A stretch of 63,030 nucleotides of DNA, filler included, from Hyphochytrium catenoides (lineage: Eukaryota > Protista > Hyphochytriomycota): NCBI GenBank assembly GCA_900088475.1. It is 8 parts of 8 records of this genome, joined end to end, with 100 filler letters (N's around TTAATTAATTAA, not from the genome) between each part and the next. Parts side by side here need not be neighbours in the genome. Positions count along the whole stretch, not along the records: positions 13,526 to 30,494 come from FLMG01001817.1; 7 more parts are not named here. One strand, written 5' to 3'. Shown here one piece after another: positions 15,001 through 24,882 of the stretch. A program made the position numbers and the translations under genes. How positions within the stretch are numbered: position 1 is the first letter of the stretch; every line of letters begins with the position of its first letter. Under the pieces are notes generated by a model. That model saw only the letters and a program-made list of their open reading frames with translations. It was not told the origin of the DNA and made no database searches.

Positions 15001-18000
15001 CTAATACCAGGAGCCATGGACTGTCATGCTCTGGCAGCTGTTGCACAGTCTTCCCTCGTGGCCGTTCATCAGTCTCTTCCCGCAGTTTGCAACTGCACAT
15101 TCTGGTTCGGTTGAAATCTTGTCTCCACTCGTAGGAGAGAGAGACGTTGCAGAGAAACGCTTTTCCTCTCTCTCCCTCTGAGAAGCTTCTCCTCCTCTTT
15201 TCGATAGCAGGGAGGAAAGAGGGATATTCTCTTCCTCTCTTTGCTCACCTGTCTTTCGCCCATTAGAGTGAGAGAGACAGAAGCCCGACCCAGCAGTGCT
15301 GCTAGGCAAAGAGCACCCGGAAGCTTTGCAGGGGAGAAGGATCGGCGCAGAGGCAGAGAGAGAGAGAGAGAAGGGCTGTCCCCCGCGTCTTTCTCTCTCC
15401 AGAGTAGAAGGAAAGGGAGAAGAAGAGCGCAGCGAGGACATATGGGGTTCTCCTTCTTCTCTCTCCATCAGCGGCTGATGATGCGGGACCGAGGAAGGGC
15501 GAAGAGAGAGAGAGAGATGGTCTGGCTTTGACTCTCTCTTGCTAGTCTTCTCTCCTTCTTCCCATCCTGGTGGCGGCCACTGCTGGGATCTGCTGGGTCC
15601 ATAGTGCGCTCTGCAGAAACCGTATCCTCTCTTTGCCTTCTTTTCACATCCCAGCCATTCACACAGCTTGAAGTCGCCCATGTGCCTGGCACAGAGACTG
15701 TCTCCCTCTCTTTCTCTCTCTTTCTCTCCCTCTCCACCAACGGCTAACGGGGTCCGTCCACAGCCCACTACGGCACACTGGCGCTGTAGCTCTGCGCCTG
15801 TCCTTGTCTGGTGAAAGGCACAGTGTCCTCCTCCTCCTCGAGAGAGCTTCTGACATCCAGGAAAGGCACAACGTGGCACCTTTGCCCCGTGAGAGAGACA
15901 GACGTCGTTTTTCGGGCGGGCAAGACGATCACAGCCGAAGAAAGAGCAGATGCGGCCGGCGAGCTTCTTCTTCTTGCTCTTTTTTGTCTTTCTCTCTTCT
16001 CTCTGCAAAGGCTTCTCTCTCTTGGGTTGGCTCTTTCTCTCGCCTTTCTCTTTTCTCATAGTAGAAAGAGCCTCCCTCTCTCCCCTTTCGTCTTCTTCTA
16101 ACGCCTTTTGGACCGCGGAGGAGAGAGGAAGAAGATCAGAGCTTGGCCCGAGAGAGAGAGACGCCTTTCTTTTCCGCACGACTTTCTTCTTCTTCTTTTC
16201 TTTCTCTCTCTCTTCCGCCTTCTTTTTCTTCATCTTCTCACTACGCTTCTTCCTGGTTCTCGGCTCTGTCTCGCGGTGCGTATTGCAAAGACCTTTGCTT
16301 TTTGCCTGTCTTCCACAGTCAGAGACCGAGCAGAGCTTCATGACTGCGCCGTGGGAGATGCAGACATCGAAGCCGTGCCGCGCCTGTTTTCCACAGTCAA
16401 TAACTGTGCAAACGCGGAACTTTCCCTTCTTCAGCATCGTCGAAACAGAGTCTCTCTCTCTCTTCGTCCCTCTCTTCTCTCCTAGAACCTTGTCGCTGGT
16501 GCTAGAGAGAGGTGGAAGGGAAGGATGAGCAGTGATCTGGGAGCTCTGGCCAGAAGGAGAGGAAGGCGGTTGAGAGGAGGAAGATGAAGAGAGAGAGGAC
16601 GAAGAAGAGAGAGAGAGAGAAGGGAGAGATGACGGCGCCGTCGGCTTGCTCTTCCTTACGCTCTTCTTGTTACCTTGTCCATCGTCGGCATCCCTTCCTA
16701 CTTCTTCTCCTGCTGCTGAGGAAAGACTCGTCTTTTGCTCTTCTTCTGCTCCATGAGTAGTAGTAGAGGTCGAGGAAGACCAGAGAGAGGCAGAAGAGAC
16801 AAGAGACGGAGAGGCAAAGAGATCTCTTTCCTCTTCTCTCTCTCCATCTTTCTTCTTCGTCGTCCCTTTATCTTTCCCATGTGCCACACAGAAGCCCTTG
16901 ATTTGCCTGTGCTTTCCACAGCCTGGGACAGCGCAGCGCTTCACGACGGCGCCGTGAGCGATGCAGACAAGATTCCGCGGCCGCGCCACCTTCAAGCAGC
17001 CAGGAACAGTGCAGCGGCGCGCTGGCTGGCGGTCTGACTTTGTGTTACCATTGGGATCTAGCTTTTGTGAGCACTTCTCAGCCGTTTGAGCATCTCTGTC
17101 GCGCTGTTGGCCGCTGTTCTGGCTGTCCAGGTCTTCGTCTTCGTCTAGTTGTTGCTCTGTGTCCTTGTCCGTAGTGCCGGGAAGTCTTTCTTCTCCTCCA
17201 TCTTTCGCTTCTACTGTCCTCTGAGTCTTCCCTGTGAGAAGCTGGGACGATGCCTCCTTTTCCTTCTCCTCTTCCTCTGTCTTGACCTTGTGAGTGGGCT
17301 CAGTTGTTGCGTCCGTTGTTTCTCCAGAAAGAGAGGAGAAAGGTACGGAGGAAGCAGCGTCCCCAGAGAGAGAGAGAGAGGAAGGAGGCAATGATGGCTC
17401 CGATGCAAAGACTTTCTCTTCTTTTGCACTACCGGGCAGCTCTTCCGGAAGAACACACGGAGCAGCCGCATGCGTAGAAGAAGGAGAGACATCTACCGGT
17501 GGCAGGGTCTTGGGCTCTCGGGCTTTCTCTCTATTCTTCCTCTTTCCCTGTCCGCGGTGGGCAAAGCAGAAGCCCTTGACCTTGGGATACTTCTCACACC
17601 CAGGAACAGCGCAGCGCTTCACCATCGCGCCGTGAGCCACACAGACGCCGTACCGCGGCCGCGCCAGCTTTGTACAGCCCTCCTCACTGCAGACCTTCAG
17701 TGCTCGTCCGCTTCTGATTGTCACTTCTCTATCTCTCTCCTCCTCTTCTGCAATCTCTGCGTCTATCTCCGCACGCTCTCTCTCTCTCTTCAGCAATTTT
17801 TTACCTTTCTTCTTCTTCTGCACTCCTTTCCCTTCGGTCGCCTTTCCCGCCGCTAGGCTCACCAAAGAACCCTTTTTCCCTTTCTTCTTCTTCTTCGCTT
17901 CCATCGTCGAAGTAGCCAGCTTGATAGAAGAAGAAGAGGAGTGAGAAGATAACGTTTTCTCCTTTCCTTTTTTCCCTCGCTCTCTCTCTTTCTCTTTCCC

Positions 18001-19707
18001 AGAGGCTGCCCCATGGACTGCACAAAGCTCTCCGATACTTGGTTGTTTGTCACAGCCGCGGACGGCACAGCGGCGGACAATGGCTCCGTGGGCAATGCAA
18101 ACCAGCTGGCGGCTCCTAGCTTGCTTTTGACAGCCAGAAACAATGCAACATCGTCTTCTTCTGGTCCCGCCAGTCACTTTCACTGCTCCAGAAAGACGGG
18201 AGAGAGAGAGAGAAGAGGTCTCTTCATTCCCTGCTGCGTCCTCAGAAGAGGAAGAGAGGGGAGCTTTCTTTTTTTTAGATACTTTCTTCTTCTCCTTTGC
18301 TTTGTTCGCAGCCGCGGGTGGGGGAGATGGAGGCTCTGTCTCTCCGAGAGAAGAGGCATTACCACTGTCTACACTTCGATGGAGAAAGAAGAGAAGCTCC
18401 GCGGCTGTCTGTCTCTCTGCTTCTGCTGTAAGTCCGCCACTTTCTTCTTCCATTGCTCTCCCATCATTCTTGCTACCGGCAAGAGAGAGAGAAGAGGAAT
18501 CCAGAGGAACAGAGCTCTCTCTCTCTCTGTCTCTCTCTCCTTCTTCCTTTTCCCTCTTCACGTTGTCCGCTCCCTCCTCCAGTTGCTCCTTCCTCCGCTT
18601 CTCCGCCAGATAGTGCGCACTGCAGAGTCCATGAATCTTTACATTCTTGCCACAACCAGGAATTCCGCACTTTGCAACCACGGCACCGTGCGCAATGCAC
18701 ACATCTTGCTTCCCTCTGGCCTGCTTCCCACAGCCGAGGACCGAGCACCGCGCCGCTTTTCCTTTGATTACTTTCTTCTTCTTCTTCAGGAGATGAGTTT
18801 GTCCGTCTCTCTCTCTTTCTCTCTCTTTCTCTTCCTCCTCTTCTCTGTCTCTTGATGGTTCTGCTTTTACTCTGGGAGGGCAAGGAGAGACGGAGAGAGA
18901 GGAAGAGGCAGGAGGTTCTGGTTCTACTTGCCTGTCCGTGGCGCTTGGGGAAGAGAGAGGGGAAGAAAGAAGAGAGACATCAGAGCGGCCCAGTTCTCTC
19001 TCTTCTGGGAGTGTCTTCTCCTTCTTCTCAAGGACAGTGGTGCTTCTCCCCCACAAGTTTGTTAGGAGCGCGGCGCCGGCGACAGTAGTGAGACTGTCCG
19101 CCTGCCAATTGTCGTCTGCGACGCTCTTCAAGGCAGTTTGAGAGAGAGAAGACAGAGGTGGGAGAGAAAAGGAAGAATGAGTTGCTTCTTTCTCTCTTCT
19201 TCCCTGACCGTACGGCATGATAACAGAGCTGAGAAAGGAAGAGATGATGGGAGCAGTTGCCGCCGTGTCTTTCTCTTGCTCTTTCTTCTGCTGCTGGGTA
19301 GAGTCACTATAAGAGCGGTTCAAGAGAGAGGGAGGAGAGACAGTCATCACTTCTCTCTCGTTCTCTCTTTCTCTCTCTCTCTTTGAGCTTGTGGCTGCAC
19401 TTGTCAATGCAGCGATCTTCATCACTTCTGCTCTTTTTCTCTTCAGGCTGTTGCCACTCTCTCCCTCTCTCTTCTCCATAGGGCGGGTGAGGTGAAGAGA
19501 AGAGAGAGAAGGATCAGCGATAACAAGAGTAGAAGACCCCGCAGTGCTGCGTCCTGCTCCTCTGTCCTCCGTAGCGTTGGAATAAGAGAGAGAAGGAGAG
19601 AAAGAGACGTCTTCTTCTTCTCTTGTCTCTCTCTCTGTGGGCAGCATGGCCCTAGCACTGCTGCTCGTGGCAATGATGCCGCTTGGAGGAGGACTACTCA
19701 TCACCAT
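15001..19707 (-). CDS. Large intronless WRKY19-like C-x4-C-x9/10-C-x2-H zinc-finger repeat protein (about 16 fingers), probable nuclear regulator
   Basis: Continuous 1619-codon ORF with repeats such as CSVLGCGKQARGKQDVCIAHG / CGIPGCGKNVKIHGLCSAH, separated by low-complexity linkers with poly-K NLS-like runs. First in-frame ATG is at 19707. Confidence 0.88.
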   Translation of the reverse strand: MVMSSPPPSGIIATSSSARAMLPTERETREEEDVSFSPSLSYSNATEDRGAGRSTAGSSTLVIADPSLSSLHLTRPMEKREGESGNSLKRKRAEVMKIAALTSAATSSKRERERENEREVMTVSPPSLLNRSYSDSTQQQKKEQEKDTAATAPIISSFLSSVIMPYGQGRREKEATHSSFSLPPLSSLSQTALKSVADDNWQADSLTTVAGAALLTNLWGRSTTVLEKKEKTLPEERELGRSDVSLLSSPLSSPSATDRQVEPEPPASSSLSVSPCPPRVKAEPSRDREEEEEKERERERDGQTHLLKKKKKVIKGKAARCSVLGCGKQARGKQDVCIAHGAVVAKCGIPGCGKNVKIHGLCSAHYLAEKRRKEQLEEGADNVKREKEEGERDRERESSVPLDSSSLSLAGSKNDGRAMEEESGGLTAEAERQTAAELLFFLHRSVDSGNASSLGETEPPSPPPAAANKAKEKKKVSKKKKAPLSSSSEDAAGNEETSSLSLSRLSGAVKVTGGTRRRRCCIVSGCQKQARSRQLVCIAHGAIVRRCAVRGCDKQPSIGELCAVHGAASGKEKERERGKKGKEKTLSSHSSSSSIKLATSTMEAKKKKKGKKGSLVSLAAGKATEGKGVQKKKKGKKLLKRERERAEIDAEIAEEEERDREVTIRSGRALKVCSEEGCTKLARPRYGVCVAHGAMVKRCAVPGCEKYPKVKGFCFAHRGQGKRKNREKAREPKTLPPVDVSPSSTHAAAPCVLPEELPGSAKEEKVFASEPSLPPSSLSLSGDAASSVPFSSLSGETTDATTEPTHKVKTEEEEKEKEASSQLLTGKTQRTVEAKDGGEERLPGTTDKDTEQQLDEDEDLDSQNSGQQRDRDAQTAEKCSQKLDPNGNTKSDRQPARRCTVPGCLKVARPRNLVCIAHGAVVKRCAVPGCGKHRQIKGFCVAHGKDKGTTKKKDGEREEERDLFASPSLVSSASLWSSSTSTTTHGAEEEQKTSLSSAAGEEVGRDADDGQGNKKSVRKSKPTAPSSLPSLSLSSSSSLSSSSSSQPPSSPSGQSSQITAHPSLPPLSSTSDKVLGEKRGTKRERDSVSTMLKKGKFRVCTVIDCGKQARHGFDVCISHGAVMKLCSVSDCGRQAKSKGLCNTHRETEPRTRKKRSEKMKKKKAEEREKEKKKKKVVRKRKASLSLGPSSDLLPLSSAVQKALEEDERGEREALSTMRKEKGERKSQPKREKPLQREERKTKKSKKKKLAGRICSFFGCDRLARPKNDVCLSHGAKVPRCAFPGCQKLSRGGGGHCAFHQTRTGAELQRQCAVVGCGRTPLAVGGEGEKEREREGDSLCARHMGDFKLCEWLGCEKKAKRGYGFCRAHYGPSRSQQWPPPGWEEGEKTSKRESKPDHLSLSLRPSSVPHHQPLMEREEGEPHMSSLRSSSPFPSTLERERRGGQPFSLSLSASAPILLPCKASGCSLPSSTAGSGFCLSHSNGRKTGEQREEENIPLSSLLSKRGGEASQREREEKRFSATSLSPTSGDKISTEPECAVANCGKRLMNGHEGRLCNSCQSMTVHGSWY

Positions 19708-21499
19708 CCTTCTCTCTCTCTCTCTCGACCCTCTCTCCTCATACCGCTCTCTCGTCTCTTCCTGGTTGGATGTCTCCTGTTCAAAGCCCCTCCTCGGTGG
19801 CTCTCTCTCTCTCTTGAAGTCTCTCCTTTCTCTCGTCGTCTTCTTCTTCCTACACCGCAACAGCCGTCTCTCGCTTTACAGTCTCTCTTTCGCTCTTCTC
19901 TCTCACGTCGCTCTTTGCAGGTACTGTTGTCAGCTGGTTCCTCGTCTCTCTCTTTTTCTCTCTCTCTCTCTCTCTCTTTAACTTTGTCCCTTTCTCTCCT
20001 CCAGGAAATAACAATGGGAGAGAGTGAAGACTGAGAGAGAGAGAGATGCCATAGGATTGGGGAAGTAAAACGGAGCAAACAGAGCGCGGAGGAGGAGGAA
20101 GCACCAGCTCCACACACAACCAAAAGCCCCTTGTGGAGGATGAGAGAAGACGGCGGAGAGAGATAGGAGAGAGAGAGAGAGAAAGAGAGAGGGAAAAGAG
20201 ACAGAGAAAGAGATAGAGGCAGACAGAGAAAGAGAAAAAGGCTTTAGAAACGGGAGAAAGGATAATGAGAGAGAGAGTGGCGTGGGAGAGAGATACGGCG
20301 GGGGGAGAGAAAGAGTGAGAGAGAAGAGAGGGAAACAAGACAGAGGGAGAGGAGAGGGAGAGAGAAAAATGGGAGGACGAGGTGTGGAAGTGGAAGAAGA
20401 GAGGTTCCATAAGACAGAGTAGGCTTTGATATAGATGATGCCTAAGATCTGATATCGAGAGATGTGAGGAAAACTCAGGGAAAGAATGGGAGGAAGAAAG
20501 AAATCTCTGGGGTTTGGTGACTGGACCTCACCCTCAACAAAAGTCCCGGGTAGCTATTCGGGTCAATAGCGCATCATTGTCTGTATAGCCTCACAAGCTG
20601 CCCATTTGACCCGGATAACTGTTTTCCTCCAAAATACTTTTTATATGGGTTTGCGGATGACGCCAACCCGGGTGCCATGGAGTTTGTGAGCCCATCAAAG
20701 AATTATACCCGAGTTAGATCTTGAGGTCTTTGATTTCTGATATATAATAGAGAGAGGAAAGCGGAGGAAACTCGAGACCGACCCGGGTAAGCTTCATGCT
20801 GAAGAACTGATCAAGAGACTGATGAAGACGCGATGCTTTTCTGTAGCTTTTTCTCTTTTTCTGCAGCTTTTTCTGCAGCTTTTTGGGCAATGCTTTTCTG
20901 GCGCAAGAGCGCGATGCATGAGAGTTGCTGCTAAGAGTGATGCGATGGCATAGAGACCATACCAATATGTTCGTCGATCAGGGTCGTTGAGTGCGCGGTT
21001 GGGTGGAGCCCTTCTTCTTCCTTGACGACTTGTTCCATCGGAAGGGCCTAATAAGAATTGAGAGGACCGACTGACCTGACGAGACAAAATGAGCCAAGTT
21101 GTCGTGGGATCCTAAGGGTTACTTTTCTGCGTCAACCGCACCCTTCTGAGCTTCGCTGCCTCAAAGCTGCCGCCCAACAGGACCTAGAGTAGCAGTGACT
21201 CCGGTGGTTCTAAGAGGCTTGTGATCATGCAAAACACAGCCAGGTTGTTTGCACTGGGGTAAGTAAGTAGACGCTTCCATCGTTCGCAACAAAGGCCGAA
21301 CGGAGGATGGTTGACAGAAATGAACCCTGTGGGGCTTGCAAGTGATCCTTTATGCTATGCTACTTACCTTTTGCATCCCCCGGGCCAGCCCTGGCCTCTA
21401 AACATTGGGCCATTCCGATGACACAGGCGGAGTAAGCTCCGCACGGCAGCAAAACGGAGTCCTCCAGCAGCGGTACTCCACTGCCCCTGGTGGTTGAAC

Positions 21500-22400
21500 A
21501 TGTGAACTATACTGTATCAAAAAGTTATTCACCTGCTGCAGGTCTCGAAAGCTTCACATCAGTACGTTTACGTCCCAAGCGTGGCTCAATCTTCTCCTCC
21601 AAGCGCCAACTACTCCTCGTCACCACGGTGTATTACGAAGATCTCATACCCACATGCATTGGATTGAAAGCTTCTTCGTTATGTCCATCAACTTGAAGGA
21701 CTGCTTTACATAGCTTTGCTAGCGTGATACTGCCTGACGGTCTGGCGCCTGCCTGCTGGTAAGAACACCGTGAGATAAAGCTGTGCTTGTAGCTCATCAA
21801 TGTAAATAAATGGGCGGTGTTACCTCGCTTGACACCTGGTGGAGGCCTTAGCAACTGCCACCTTTGCTCTCTCTTCTGTTGCTCTAGTGATCTTTCTCCC
21901 ATTATTCATCGTCATCTGATCCTGCTCCTGGAAAATGGTACCTCGTCGCGCCTCCAGCCATGTGGAGGTCCAAGGCGCTGGGAGGTTAGGGTCAGGGTTT
22001 AGGCCCTTCTTGACCTCAGCCCACCGTCATTCTGTCGTTCTCTTTCTCGAAGAAGAGCAGAAAGCAGGACGAGCAGCTTTGAGAAGGAAACGAGCAGCTT
22101 TGAGAAGGAACCGAGCTGCATGATGAACTGCACCATAGCATTCGTGCTGACCTTGGGACTGGAAAACCTGCCTTGCGCACAGGAACTTGCCATAGGCTCT
22201 CGGCCTTCTTTAGGTCCAGCTCGTAGAGGGTCATTCAGCAAGCAAGGCGAAGGTGTCTCAGCTGGAGAGAGGTCCGCCCATCATCGTCACAGACATCGTC
22301 GAAGAGTTCCTCTCTTCTTCCCTCACAGCCCGATCTCTTGCTTTGTTAGAATAGTCTCTCTTCCATCTCTTTGCTTTCTGTCCCTTTCTCTCTTCCTATC
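21500..22400 (-). pseudogene. Possible decayed FKBP-TPR (FKBP62/FKBP52-like) immunophilin pseudogene
   Basis: Fragments in the expected order but in different frames: PKVSTNAMVQFIMQLGSFSK (cf. FKBP end PKIPPNATLxFEVELLSF), MNNGRKITRATEERAK (FKBP-TPR linker-like), LCKAVLQVDGHNEEAF (TPR-like). Stops and frameshifts are present. Confidence 0.4.
22070..22111. repeat. 21-bp tandem duplication
   Basis: CGAGCAGCTTTGAGAAGGAA occurs twice in direct succession. Confidence 0.9.
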
Positions 22401-22873
22401 TCTCTTTCTCCTCTTTCTCTTTCTCCCCTATCGCGCTCTCCACGTTTCATTTCCCCTTCTACCGCTTGGCTTTGTCAATTACCTTCTAATGCTGCTGCCT
22501 GACAAGACCCAGCAGTGACAGCAGCGTCACCACCACAGCGAGTTTCCCGTCCTACTGAATGAGAATTTTTTCTAGTCCAGCCTCCGCACCTCACTCCTCC
22601 TCCTCCAAAGCCCTTGTTCTGCGGCCTCCACCACGAGAGCAGCGGCCAAACAGGCTCTCGAGGACCGCAGCTTTCTGGAGACTCCAAGGTCGGGAAGAAG
22701 GAGCCTTCTTCCACGGAGAAAAGAGAAGGACTAAGATACAGAAGGTACAGAGCCAGCCTGCCTCTTCCGCCAATTCACTCACTCAGAATAAAAAGAGCAG
22801 AAGAAGGGCTTTTCTTACCGCTCGCAAGACTTCGTTGTATATCCCAGTCCTGGCCTCTCTCGGTCCCCTTTCC

Positions 22874-22916
<43 letters not shown>

Positions 22917-22981
22917 CTTTCCCTCTCTTTTTCTCCCACTCTCTCTCTCTCTTTCTCTCTCCTTTCCCTCTCTTCTTCTCC

Positions 22982-23030
<49 letters not shown>

Positions 23031-23474
23031 TTTCTCTCTCATTTCCCTCTCTTTCTCTCCCACTCTCTCTCCCTCTCTCTCTCTCTCTGCCCTCTGATTA
23101 ATCTTTTAACCAACCCGGACGTGACGGCCCCATGGTAACCATTGCCCTTCTACTCTCCTGACCGTTTTGTCGCAAGATGGTTGAACAAAGAGGCAAAAGA
23201 ATGCGGCGCACAAACCCTGAGGCTTACTCCTGGCAAGCAGGCGGAAGGCATCATCACCGCCAATCTGCTCAGCGTTTGGACCACTATATTCCCCCTAAGA
23301 TGTCGTCTACACTCCGCCGAGTTGCCTACTCTTCTTCATACTTTTCTGCCCTGCTTTATATTGTTGTCAACGTCCGGATCATCTTCTTTTCTCGTGACCT
23401 CCCCTTTTCTTTCTCTCTGTCTTTAGCGCTGGTAGCTTCAGAATATGATTTATGATAGGAGAGACACTCGGGGG

Positions 23475-23506
<32 letters not shown>

Positions 23507-23927
23507 AGGAAGATAAGAAAAGAAGGAGAAGAAGAAGAAGAGAGAAGCCACCAAGACGCGGACTTCGGGGCATCTTCGACAGACCCGTAGCGCTAGTAGC
23601 TTGAGCAGACAGGTTAAAATAGGAAGAAACGAAGAGAAGCTTGAACAGAAAGAGAGAGAGAGAGGAAAGAGAGGTGAGTGACGAAGAAAGAAGAAGAACC
23701 AGCCAAGGTGCGGGCTGCTGGGGCACCTTCTTCTTCGACAGACAAGAAGAAGACAATCGAAAGCAGGAGACGGAGAAACGAAGAAGAAGAGACCAAGACC
23801 TCATTCCTCTTCTTCTGCATGCATGACTCCTAACATCTTCGAGTCATAAATCTATTAACTTCATCTAAGCTTGCCCCATTTGGCTCCTGCGGTCGGCTCT
23901 CGTCGCTCGATGGAGCACGCTACTCAG

Positions 23928-24882
23928 TTATTCACTGAGACGGTCGTAGCTTCTTCGTCTTCTCCTCCCATTATTAGCAGCAGAAGAGTAAATGAGGAGA
24001 AGGGCCATGATGGACGCTGCTAGGTTCCCAACATAAAGCGCACCTCCGGAAGAAGAAGGAGCCGTGGTTGGAGCCGCCGTGGGAACAGGAGTACTGCCAA
24101 GATCCGTGCCGCCCTTCAGCTTTCGGCAGCGACATAGGGCAGCACTTCCCACTTCTTGCCTTCAGTGTCGCTTCGATAGACAAGGCTCGCTCCTGCTTTC
24201 AGCCCCTGCTCAGAGAAGGTCGCGGCGTTTGTCGCAACTGTTCCTTCGACCAACTTTCCAGTCTCATTCTTAAGAGTACTACTGAAGATCCAAAGCGATC
24301 CCAGCGGGAAGTTAGGGAAAGAAGGACTGTCTGGGACGGTTTGCACTTCGATCAGTTGCTCTTTGGAAGAGCGGGAAGAGCTTGATCTCCATCTTTCATC
24401 GGGTTATTCTTCTTGTCTGGCGCGTGCCCACCCTTTCCCACGGCTACCATGCTCATCACCTGATAGTTTCCCTTCTGTTCGGCGATACCATCAGTTCCTA
24501 CCTTTCGTTGCAACCTCTCACTTTGGTCTTGCCTTTTTAACAGGAGTGTCATGAATCGGTGCCAGTATCAGACGTTCTCGCTTGCCGCCGCGGAACCAGT
24601 GTTAGAGCCGTAGAAATAGAAAGAAGAAGGAAGCGGCACGGTGGCAGCAAACCTATCGTCCACAAAGCTATGAGAAATCAGGACCTTCCGCGCTGGCATT
24701 GGCTTTTGCAGCTGGGTTAGAAGCTGCCAAGCGTCGTCCAGCTTGGTGCACAGTCTTCCTTCTTGTCGGTAAAAGGAGAGAGATTGGAGCTGTGCGACCT
24801 GCTGGCGACCTGGAGGAAGAAGAGTAAGGAGCAGACAGGCATGGGCCGGGGTAGCCCTGAGACGACTGCTGGTGCTGAACAT
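23928..24882 (-). pseudogene. Disrupted paralog of the 27334-28212 surface-protein gene
   Basis: Shares DDxFAATVPLPSSFYFxGSN, YWH, YQVxxMVAVGK, EQGLKAGxSLVYRSDxEGxxWEVLPYV and SSSGGA. In-frame TGA at 24568-24570 where the paralog has TTA (Leu), plus frameshifts near 24390 and 24120. Confidence 0.85.

Noticed and set aside
21360-21372. TACTTACCT resembling the U1 snRNA 5' end
   Set aside because: No U1 stem-loops or Sm site follow; it is the reverse complement of a splice donor.
21984-22003. TTAGGG-like repeats
   Set aside because: Only 2-3 degenerate units, too short to call telomeric.
24568-24570. In-frame TGA as possible selenocysteine or readthrough
   Set aside because: It aligns to Leu (TTA) in the paralog, not Cys, and the same copy has frameshifts. 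TAA, TAG and TGA all terminate conserved genes in this window.
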